A DNA stretch of 64,000 nt, taken from contig JADIIX010000010.1 in NCBI GenBank assembly GCA_027604505.1, positions 124,001 to 188,000 on the forward strand, given 5' to 3'. The DNA comes from Gonapodya sp. JEL0774 (lineage: Eukaryota). Below, piece after piece: positions 11,193 to 22,670 of this stretch (the stretch's first letter is position 1; every line of letters starts with the position of its first letter). The translations under genes and the position numbers were made by a program. The notes below the pieces were generated by a model. It made no database searches and was not told the origin of the DNA. It saw only the letters and a program-made list of their open reading frames with translations.

Positions 11193-13720
11193 TTACATGT
11201 ATGTTACGTGTTCAGTGTGTTGGCTATCAAGTGTTTCGAATTTGTGACGAGCCACTTCGGTTGTCCTGAATTGTCCTGTGTCGACTTTTTGAGATAGCAT
11301 TGAGAAAGGTGCAATTCTGTCAATTGCTTTACCATATATCTGCTGGATTCTTCTCCTCCTGCGCATTGCCGTGGAGTTGAGTGGTATCTCCACTGAGTCT
11401 TCCAGTAGGGAGGGTGAATCCCTACCTGAAAATTGCTTCCTCTTCCTCGCCCCCATGTCTCTGCCTGATAACCACTCAACACGTTTGCGTGCTGTCAAGT
11501 ATGCGTCACCGAATGCGTCGCGGATACTATTAACACGTGTAGTACCTCGTGTGATATCATTTGCCGGATTGAATGGATCCTGAGTGGCCATTGTCAGGGA
11601 AAATGGGGTATCATAACGAAGGACTGCATTCACCTGGATACTGAGCTTCCATGCTCTCCATTCCCCAGCACTCCCTTCCATGACACCACGCATCTCGGAC
11701 TTGGAACAAACTCTAGCCTCTTCTTGGGTTCGCCCAGGACACAGTACCGCAGTGTCGAATTGCCAGGTTGGGGACCCTTCGCTCCTAGCAATATGCGTGG
11801 GTCCAAAAAACAGCAGAAAACGAGTGAAAAGAAGACCTAGATCGTCCGAGGGATGTGCAGGGTACAATGGGACATTAGTCGATAGAGGACGGTTCAATTC
11901 GGTGTCATTCAGAGGGTAGAATATGTGTTGCAGGCGAAGGAAGCCGAGGACCATGCACAAAAGAGCGTAGCCTCCCACTGTAACGCATGGGAAAGTCAGA
12001 AGAGGGGTTCGCTGTCACCAACAACGCTACGGGACTCACATCCGCCTGAGAAGACTTCACCCAACTGTCTTGCTCTCAGTATTTCCTTCACGGCAACAAC
12101 CAATGGTCTGATTCTCCAGTCACTCTCCACTAGTTTCTTCGCCCATTTTGCAGTTCTCAAACCCTCGAAGCGTTGATACGTTGTATCTACTTCATAGCCG
12201 GAAACAGCATCCACATACTTCAAAACGGGCACTCGTGCCCGGGTGATAAGATTTATGCTCGTCTGCATTGCAGTAAGGACAGGCTCCCCAGACATAGCAT
12301 CATTATCTTCTTCGAGTTGACGGCCAGATATCCGACCAGATCTCTGCCGGCTCTCCTTCAGCGCGATTTTCTGCCTCTTATGTCCATTATCACAGAGGCG
12401 ATCTCTCTCCCATCTTGCATGTGCAGTTTGCTCAGTGCGGAGAGCGTGAGATATGCGAGACAGCTGTTTCGATTGCGCACCCTGCGTGAGTTGCTTAGTT
12501 GCTTGCGATGTAGAGTCACTCTCGTAGTCTGAATCACTGATATCAATAATTTCAGACAAATCATACTGTGAGTCTGAAGAGCCCTGACGCTTGCGTTTTC
12601 GAGTTGTGAGGCAACCTCGATCCGAGAGCGATAATTCCCCTTTAACAGCCGTCTCGCCTCCGACCATAACTACTGTGTCCACATCGCTTGCCACAACCTC
12701 CAAGCCCGTCGCCACACTCCCAAATACTTGAACTCGCGCTGCTCCCTTAAAACGCCGACGGACCACTGTGTCAAGGCGTGATACCGCATCACTACGAGCT
12801 CGAGCTTCTGCGGGGGTCGATGCAGTGAACGTCGATAGTATGAGCAGCTCACGATGGAGGTGCAACGTAAAGGTATCAAGTGAGAGGAGAGGGAACGATG
12901 GTGGTGGAGGGGTGAACCACGGTGAGTTAGGTAACGACGTCTCGCGATATCCAATGTCGTCGGATGGTGAGGGAGTCTTCGTTGATTTCACTTCTGATGT
13001 GGCTCCAGAGGCTACTGAGGCAACTTCTGGACGTTTCACAAGTCGATCAACTTGGGAGTCAGAATGCAATGGTGAAGCTCCTCGACGAATTGCTCGCTCA
13101 GCAGTTTGGTTCCAACACGGAATGAAGTCTCCGTCAAGACCTCCAAAACCTCCAGCAAAAAGTTCATTTGGTAAGTCTATCTGTCCGTTGCTGTATTCTA
13201 TCCCACGTTGTACAGTCGCATTCCCACTGCGTTGGTGTTCGAGCTTTCCATTGACTCGAACTTTGGCTGCCAGCCGCGAACGCTGGGAAATGACGCGTCG
13301 CATCACCGCCGAGCCAGCACTGCGAGGAGATAGACTCGTCTTCTGCAAGGTCGATTGTGGCGAATTGCTCTTCGGGAGGTATGGTTTAGATTTTTTGGAC
13401 GAGCGCCCATCCCGTGGGGTGACTCCACCTGCCAACTTCCTGGCGTCAGATCCCCGTTTTTTCATCTTTGAATTCCACTTGCTAGCGAGAGATGACTCAA
13501 ATGTGGTGTTATTCTTGTAGCGCGGGAGGGAAGGACCTGACCTCCTATTTTGCCTTGTGAACGAGCTGATAGATTGACCAGATTGAGGGTCCTTGTCCCG
13601 TATCCAGAGATTGCGCCCATGTGAGTTTCTTCGAAAGGACTGAGAAGCATGGGCGGATTCAGCCGATTGATGGCGCTTCGGGGACCACGACCTTGGACCG
13701 GAGATGATTGGGAACGACAT
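11193..13720 (-). CDS. TRF4: Non-canonical poly(A) polymerase, Trf4/Cid14/PAPD5 family
   Basis: FGSVATGLEVVASDVD nucleotidyltransferase motif, ARVPVLKYVD...VD, VFSGGLGGYALLCM, QDPFNPANDITRG PAP-associated motif. Start uncertain. Confidence 0.82.
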
Positions 13721-14082
13721 GAGGCGGTGTGAATGAACGTGGAGAGCGAGTGGGAGGAAAAGGACAGATGAATGCGCAATGGAAAACGTGAATGAGCGCA
13801 GTCCTGCAACCACCAGCATCCGTATCGGAAACTGGGTGACGCTCGAAATTCTTGGACTGGTTCCCGGAGCGTGACACCAGTACATAAGCAAAGACAAGAA
13901 AAGTGAAGTCCATATTCGCTGCGAGGACACAATACAAACTACTAGACAAATCTATTCTGCGTTGCATGTTAGTTCCCTGTCGCTCATATCAGGTTTCCGG
14001 TTCTCGACTAATATTCAAGTAAGTTGCACGTTGCGGCACGTTCGCGGAACATCACTTTTGCACTCATTTGTGCTTTAGTCCT

Positions 14083-14696
14083 TCATTCATCTTCGTCATC
14101 ATCATCGTCGCTTGGTCCGGCTGCTGCTCTATGACTGCCGCCATCCCTCGGACCGGCAACTCCTCCTCCTCTGCCCCCGACCCTCTCATCCTGTCCCTCT
14201 GCACCAACGTCTCGGTTGATCTCCTCAATTGAGTCAATCCATTTGTGATAGACGTCCGTGTTCTCGTCCAGAGCTTGAAGGCAAATCGACATGAAGGGGG
14301 AAAGTCCATTTCCCACGTGTTCCACATTGCCATGGTTGCAGCGTGTAGAAAGGGGGTCGCAGGGTGAAAACAGATCTCAAACTTCGAAGAACTGTATGTT
14401 TCGTTGCTGTCAAACTCACAGGTGATTTTGGTCTGCCAACCAACACCACATGTTCGGCAAGTGAGTGTGGCTACTTTGTTAGGTCGATCTCTTCGTTTCA
14501 GAATCAATTCCACGAGGGGTCAGAGGAGGGAAGTGAGGTTCAAGTAGGAACATTCGTTGGCGGGCAGGAAGGGTCAAGCCGCTCACAGCTTGACGTCGAT
14601 AGACTTCTCGTGATTACAAAACGGACAGTTGAATTCGCGGTCAAGAACAATCTTCGCCTTCGTTGGGGCCTTTCGCTTTGCCCTTCGTTTACCCAT
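14083..14696 (-). CDS. ELF1: Transcription elongation factor Elf1/ELOF1, 3 exons
   Basis: [32 protein letters not shown]...LTCRTCG...DVYHKWID, followed by an acidic tail. Confidence 0.93.
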
Positions 14697-15265
14697 TTGG
14701 CGTGGTTCTCTCGAGGTAATGATGCGATCACACTCCACCCATTGCCCATCCAATAATTCCTATTAAACATTCCCAAAAACGCTCGTCCGCTTTCTACTGT
14801 AGCTCTAGCATATTTCAGGTCACAATCATCGAAGCGTCTGCCAGCCTTAGTGGAGGTTGTTCCGTCTTTGATTGATTATATCCGGAGAACAAATGGCACT
14901 TTTTCGGAAAATATGGATGGCATCATGCTTGGTTATGGAAGTCTTTTGAAATAGAACATTTGTAGTTTCATGGACGATAACCTGTCAAACTTCACAATAA
15001 ATTTAACTTTGTTGAAGTGAGCAGCTTGTGAGAACGTCCGGCCTTTCACAAAATTACAGGCGGCCGCCCGACGGCCGCTCGGGCGACATTCTTGCTGTCC
15101 ATTGCTCAAGCTCAATTCGCGGGGCAACCCTCACTTCGGGGGTGCCGTCTCGGGTCGGAGAGTGGGATTGGGCTTTGAACAGTAACTAAATCGCCAGAGT
15201 TCCAGTCCGAGGGTCTCATCTCTCGCACTCAAGACTAGCAGTTTATTGTGTGTGAGCCAGTGCCA

Positions 15266-17702
15266 ATGGCGACGGGAGACCTTCGAGGCAACCTCGTGAA
15301 GCTTCAATCTGTGTTGAAGAGTTTTGGATACAATGGAAGCCCCGACCATGTCAGGTACTACAGTCGCACCTTCGTTTCCGATTGCTGTCGTGTTGTTTAC
15401 TCTCTTCTCCCTACCGTAAATCGTGTGGTGGATACAAATTGTGGCCGACGGCTGCTCTTTACTCAACCAGTCTCGCGCAGGGTGACACCAAAGAATTCTT
15501 ACCCCTTATAAATTGGACTCTTCTCAACTCCTCACCTGCGCTTGCCCGATATCTTGCAACGAAAAATTATGAACTCGCTGGACGTGGTGACGAGGGTTTC
15601 ATGGAATCTGTGTACAGGTTGTGCCGGGACGAGTTTGCCTATCGTCCAGCTCTCAGCCGAGAGCAATTTTTCGCCATGGGCTTTGCAGAGCGGAAGATTC
15701 TCTTCGTCATTGACCTCGTGAGCAAATGCAAACCGCTGGCTACTGCACTTGGACGAAACTCTGTATCAGTAGCTGAATCGACGGGCTTGAGCTCATTGGC
15801 ACATGGAGGGAGCAACCAAAATACCAAAAGGTTCTCAAACAATGGGGCGGTGATGGATAGACTTGCTATCTCCAGTTCGACTCAGGCACTCTCAGTTTTG
15901 AAGCCGTTGAGTTCCCGATTCCCTGCCAAATCGGGCTCTCGGCAGAGTATTGTTATGGGGGAGCGATCAGCTGATGGATTGAAAGGGCTCCATGGCACTG
16001 AAAATAGTCCTGACCATGGCTCTTTTAAGAGCACTCCCTCTGTATGCGTTCAGGACGACATCAGCGATTTTGACCTTGCCGCCACCTTTCCTGGATTCGC
16101 GCGCACTTCTTCCACGACGTCCTCCCATGATCTGAGTGCAAACGTACCTTCAAACTTTATTCCCAATACCTCCCATCCTTTGCAAAGAATAAGAGCTGAG
16201 GAAACACCGACGTTTGGTGCTCTCTCTAAGACAATATTGACGCTAGCTGGTGCGCCACCATTTCATCAATCGCGAGCTGGAGCATCGCCTGATGCAAAAT
16301 CATTCTTTTTGTCTGGACCGGTGTCCAACAATCCAGCCACCGGCACCACCCCTCACCCTCAATCTCGAAATGCTGCAGTTCCTTCCGCAGCGGAAGCATC
16401 AGCATTCGCTGAAACTGTAGGTTGCCGAGTAAGCTCTGTTGAAATGGACGTGCGGTCTTTGGTCTCGAGTGAAAGTGCCACAACCGCAAGGTTGGGTGTT
16501 TCCTCCCACGTAAATGGTAACAGGTACGCACTCGCGCTGACTAGCACGTCTCATTCAGCTCCGCCGGAAGGGTTTTCTAGCGATATGAGAAAGGCAGTCC
16601 CAGAATCCCGCTCAATTCTTATCGAAGGCACCACCACTCCATATGCGTCTGGCCCATATTCTTCGTTGCGGCCCACTTTAGAATCCTTGCCAGTTTCACC
16701 GGCGCTCCCTTATAGTTACCAACCATCATCTTGGGACGATGAAGTATCCCCTGTCGTTGTCTACCACCCGCCATCCCGCCCCATGACTCAAGAATCTACG
16801 ACTCACCATGTTACTGGACACTTGTCAACAGCCGATGGTTTTGGTACAACACGTGGCAGCGCCCGAGAGAATTTAGTCAGTAGTCAAGTTCCCGGGTCAA
16901 AATCTCGAGACTCCTCATTGCGTTCTGGGGTGCCAAACCTTGCGGAAGAAGCTATGTTGCAGGATTCAAGGAGGGATGTTTCAGATGGACGCCGTGGAGG
17001 TGCCATTGGTGAAGGCGAAAACCGAGACTTGTTGGAACTGCTGAAGAAAGTTCTGGTGGACAACGCTCAGATGATGGCGGACAGGGAGAGGATGAGGGCG
17101 GACAATCGAAATCTAAGGGAGGTGAGGGTTAACTTTTGCCATCGCATCTCATTGATGTTTCTGACTCAGCAGGTCCCGTTGCTACGACTGCTCACAGCTT
17201 CTCGCTGACTCAATAACTCAAATTGGCTCTCGGTTAGATGCGCTTGAACGGAGGATGGAGGGTTTATCGCCTTCAGAAGTTCGTGAGAGTGAGAACGCCC
17301 GCTGGGTTGAGCAGCATTCCTTCGATCACGTGAGATTTCCTGGTTCGGTGACCTCATGTTAATGACTGGCATCTTTCCGTTTCAATGCAGCCTTCCAGCC
17401 CGATTGTTACTGCTTCGATCGGCTCATACGACCAAGAAAGGGACATAGAGGTTACTCGGGTTCTCTTTGATGCTTCGTCACCGGGAACAGCGACATCCAG
17501 CACTGTCGCAACTAACTCCACAATGAATACAGTCACACCGAGCATAGCGAGTGTGACGAGCACAGCACCGACACTTGGCAGTCATACCGTGCATTGTAAT
17601 GAACAGATATCTTTCGATACGAGCTTTAGTGAGCCGTTAGCGCGTGTCGGTAGAAAACTCGAAGCGACTAAGACGTTTCTGAAGCAAAGGGCTGCTAGGT
17701 GA
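15266..17702 (+). CDS. CEP44: Centrosomal protein CEP44 homologue
   Basis: N-terminus MATGDLRGNL...GDTKEFLPLI...FMESVYRLCRDEFAYRPALSREQFFAMGFAERKI closely parallels the animal CEP44 N-terminal domain (MATGDL...FIDAVYKLLRDQFNYKP...QFIQCGFAEWKI, recalled); C-terminal coiled coil. Confidence 0.85.
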
Positions 17703-17808
17703 AACCTGTGACTTGAAGTCCAAAGCCGCATACTTTTCTCTACCCTACTCTACGCCTGAGGGCCTGTACAATGTTAATTAATTTAGTGACTGTCTTTTAC
17801 GGTCTAAA

Positions 17809-20800
17809 CTATCGTTTTAATGCTGATATTCTGTTCACTGGACGTGATGTGAAAGTCCCCGTCACCGAAGCTTTGGAGAACCCTTCGGCTACCGCAGCTA
17901 ACGGTTCGTCTCCCGAGCGATTGGATTTGCGGCTAGCTAATTGCAGAGAGCCTAATTGAGGGGTTGGAGGTGGTGCTCCTGATGCGGAGCGTCCTCTCGT
18001 AGCAAGTTTTGGGGCGGGTTTAGAGATGGTGTTTGAGGTCGGAACAGCAACTAATGTTGCTTGTATGGGAGATGTTGACGGGAATGCCGTCATCCCCACA
18101 GGTAGAGTCGAATTTCGGATTGAAGGAAGAGGTGATTTCGAAGGTATGGAAGTTGGGAGCGGGGGTGGTTGGTTTCTGGGGTTAACAGCGGGAGTTCCAC
18201 CAGCAGCGGCAGCGGCAAATGGTGGCACCATTCCGGATCCAGATCCAGATCCGGAGCCGAAACTGGCCTTGCGCCTAAGGGCAGCGGAGTCCGGAGATTT
18301 CGACACCGCAGGGAGTCCAACGTTTGCAACTGCGCTCGCTCGCCGTGCCAGCTCGGTTGGGCCAACCCGACCACCTTTCCCCTTCATTCGAGCTTCCTTT
18401 TCTGCAGCTAATCGTTTGCCGAACTCCACACGTGCCTCTTCAATCTCTCGTCTCTTAGCAGCTTCGTCCGACTCCCACTCTTCGAGAAGTGTTCGTTCCT
18501 CTTCTTCCTCCTTTGCTCTATCTGCCAGCTCTGTGGCAATTTCCTTGTCTACTCCTCCAGTGAGGAAACCACCCGTTGTGCCTTCTCCGCCCTGGTCATT
18601 CGCGGTTAATGCTTTCAGCTCATTCGTTGCTTCCAGAGCTGCCACAGCGACATCATGCTGTGTATCTGTTGTCGAAAGTGCTGTGACAATGTCCGTTATC
18701 CGAGTGATTAAAGTTGGATCAGCAGGCGGTTTCATTGTGCGCCTTACAGCCGGTATCATTTTGCAGAATCGCAGTCGAATGTTCACGACTGGATCTTTTG
18801 CGAGCTCGATATACTCGGTCACAAAATTTTCTCGGAAGTACTTGGAAGAAAAGATGTCTAACACCTCAGCACACACGTCAAGAAACAGCATGCGATTGTG
18901 ACATGATGGCTGCGACGCAAATTCTTGCAGTGTCTTGCAAACACGATCACGCTGGTCCAGGCGTCGGAGCCGGCGAAGATAGATGACCAAAGTGCGGACA
19001 ATGGTTTTCTTTATGGGGACTGTCACGTTCTTGTAAATTTCGAACACGGTCTGTCCATATCAGAAGTCATATGAGAGTCCAAACCTCCCAAAGGCTCACC
19101 TCGCTGAGCATCTTCACAAGCACCGGCAGGCAATGCATGACGAGTTGATCCGAATCAAAATAGTCAGGGAAATTTGCAAACTGTTTCAAAAGTTCATGGT
19201 GTGACCGCCAATTTGCGATATTCGCAGCGCTATCTCGTTCTCGTCGCAGTATGGCGAACAGTAGGTCGTCCATTTGGTGCACCGCAGACAAGTCTCGCTG
19301 ACCCGGTTCGTTCGATGACAGTCGCGTTAAAATGCGATCGATGTGAGGATACAAAGTTTGCGCAATATCTGGAACTGGATCGGAGATAAGTCGCAAGAAG
19401 ACAGGCCGGAGGAGTCGACCCGCGTCCTTTGCTAGGAGAGTTGCGACCTCGTGGAACGACGCAGCAATCTTTCGCCGCACTTCTGGAAACATGTCGGATG
19501 CTAGCGTACTGTACAGCTTGTCAAGCTGAAAAGACTCGTATTTGTCCGCGCCATAGACCTTAAGAGCACACTAAACAAAAGTGTGAGAGAAGTGATCTGT
19601 CACCCCTTAAGATTTTGACACTTACTGGGAAGTTATATGCACAGGAATCACGTAGATCGACCGACTGCGCTACTCCAAGACCCTGGTAGAATCCAAGGAA
19701 AAATGCGGAGTCCGACTCGGTCAACTGCCCTCGCGTTTCCCAGAGGAAGGGACCAGTTTCCTTTGCCAAAAGGGGCATGAGCTTCTCCGCTCGCTCCTCG
19801 CAAATTCTTCGATACAATGGAATCAGAATTTTCAAGCGTGCCTCAGCGTCTGTCCGCTGGATCATCAACACAAAGTTGGAAAGGGTAGCTTCCCGAACAG
19901 TGTCCTCATCATCCATTAGAAGTTCACGAAACTCTTCTAGCAGTTCATGACGACTTGGAAGAGGCCCAAGCGAGCGCGCAAGAGCGGGAAGTTGAAGACA
20001 CATGCAGCGCCGGACCTCATAATCGGTATCCTGACACAAAGTCATCGCCCGCTTGAAAAACAATCGCTCGATCCTGTAATAATGAGATCAAAACAAAAAA
20101 TTGGAGAAATTTCTGTTGCGACCCACTTCTTCCCGTCCAGCCTCAATGCAACAGCTCCCAACACGCGACAACACCATATTCGAAACGGAACGGGTTGAGC
20201 AAGACCACCGTCTATTAGTGCCTCTGGCAATATCTGAACATAGATCGTGTGTCAAAATGCTAAGCAAATCCAACTTTGAAGTTTCAACTTACGTCATTCT
20301 CTATCGTTTCCATTGGCAAGTACTTTATTGTTGTGATCAACAGTTCTGCCCACACTTCAACTACTTCTTGACTTCTGCTTTCCAGTAACTTGCGTGCAAC
20401 AGGCAACACTAGTGGAGAAACGTGCAGTAGGAAAGAGGGCTTGCAAATATGTTGGGTACTGTCCGGGTGTGGTGTAGAAGACAAAGAGTGGAGCGGAGCG
20501 CTAAACAAGGACATGAGCATTTGTCCTGCTGCTATTTGATACTCGATTGTGTCGTTCTGGACGATGGTCTTGTAGGGTCCGCAAAGAAATTCTCCAGTTT
20601 CTGGGGACGTCAACGGTGCCACAGATCACACTTACAAGTATTAGTGGAAGAAGAACGTTTTGAACCTCAATTTCTCGCTCACACAGAAGGTTGTTGATGT
20701 TGGTGAGGACGCTCAACTTCTGCGTGAGTGTGTCAGAGCTGAGACGATCCCAACGATTGGTTGGACCTCATTCCTCCCGAGACAGTGATCCGGTTTAAAC

Positions 20801-21107
20801 GTACTTAGTAAGAAAGGTTGCCCGCTCGATGTCCCCGAGGCGTTCGTCCACCGTGAACCGTTCAATCTCCTCCTCAGTCTCCGTTCGTTCCGCCAACGGC
20901 AGTCGTCGATGGAGCAAGTCAGCGGGAGAGTTACAATGCGTAAATAAGCAACATTGCACGGGCGCATACCTTCACCAGGCGACTGCTGAGCTTCAACTCG
21001 TCTGTTCCGCGTTTGACATCGTCCATATCTGTGACATCAGGCAAAGCTCCAAGCGCCTTCTCCCATTCCGCGAAAGACCATGAGGTCTCGGGCACGTTGA
21101 GAGCCAT
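17809..21107 (-). CDS. PPP4R4: Protein phosphatase 4 regulatory subunit 4-like HEAT-repeat protein
   Basis: LCQDTDYEVRRCMCLQL, CAYNFP, EVRRKIAASFHEVA, NWRSHHELL and LAKDPVVNIRL HEAT motifs resemble PPP4R4. Confidence 0.8.
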
Positions 21108-22670
21108 ATTCAAATTGCGCTTCAAGCAGACCAGCCGATGCGTCGATTTAGTGTGGGTAATTTATATTGCTCAGAATGAGGAGTTCCCATATGGACCATT
21201 CTAGGATCAAAACGGTTTCGCCGGCCAATAACTGAAATTTTATCGTTCTCATTATCTTACGGCTGTGGAGTTTCGAATGATATACTAATATGAATCGTCA
21301 CATAAGCATCTTAAAATTGCTCCCGCGCTCGTGGGCGACAGACTAGTTGATTCTATGTCAGGAGACGACGTTATATTGAGATTTGCCCCAAAGGTTCGCT
21401 GGCCACTCCCAGTCCTCAGATCCCCTATGGAAGTTCGAGAATCGAATTGAGCAATTTAGCATCGAATTATACGGGCGTTTACCAGGACCTTAAGTCCTTG
21501 TGCTTGAGAAACGATGGTCGCGTTCCCACAATTTATTGACAGGTGGTTTGTGTCGCCTGTAAATGCACACCCTATCGACAGACTGATGGTTCGTAAGCAG
21601 AAACGACATCTGGCGACAGCGAGAACACCGAACAAAGCGAAAATCGGATGGTACATGATTCGGAAGAGCGCACTTGTTTAAATTCAATTCGCTTATTCGT
21701 GATACGACGAAATCAAGAAAAAATGCGCCGCGTGTGGACAACTTTCTGCTAAAACGCTGATGATAAAGACATCGAAATTTGAAGTTGGAGGGCCTCATGG
21801 AAACATGTTTGTAGTGCTCTATTTCCTCGAATCACACCAATTGGGGCGTTGAACAGACTCTGGAGCTATGAAGATCATCCAGCTGCTGCATATTTGAGTG
21901 GTTTGGCACTCGACAGGCACGGATTTGTCCCCAGCACTCTTACCAGTTTTATGCCTAATACAGGCTACAAAGACTCGAGAGATTATGCATGCGAAGTAGT
22001 GGAAAACAGAAACAGAATGAAATCACTTCTGATAAATACGGCGTGAAAGTGGCTTCTCTGAATTTGCTCTAGTGGTTGTTAGAAAAACATTCTACAAAAT
22101 GAAATCATCCTAGGTATTCTTTAGCAAACGGACTGGTCCGAGGTGTGAGCCGTCCGGAGGTCACCACTCGGACTAGGGCAGCTAGAGACGCGATGTGAAT
22201 ATAGAGAACCCAATACAACACACTGCCGTCTTACCTAGAGACGCAGTGCTAAATCTGTCAAACCTAAGAAAAGAATCTATGCCCTGCCTATATTATCATC
22301 TGGTGGCCGCTACGCCACAACCCCTAAACCCTCAAACCTCATCTATCCCTTACCATCCATCTAACCTCCGACCTGGCGGTAAGCTCTATGTCGCCCTGGT
22401 GACACGAGGAGCATCTGAAGTGATTGAATGTGAGCAACTATCAATCTTGACTATAGCAGAGAAAATTGTTCTGACTAGAAACAGATCTTGCTTTGTTTCC
22501 TCTCACCGTATCTTTCACATTCATACCCCATACTGATAGTGATCCTTTATCCATTCCGAGCAAAAAATCCTCGTCCGTGCTACTGCTGCGAATGCCACTG
22601 GCGGGGAAGACGTGGGTGTGTATTCTCACAAAAATCCATCTCTTCTGACTACTACATCAAAGTGAGCTCT

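Noticed and set aside
18026..18901. Long antisense ORFs (also 12768-13520, 1006-1620, 37265-37852)
   Set aside because: They are shadow frames of real genes on the opposite strand with no recognisable motifs.
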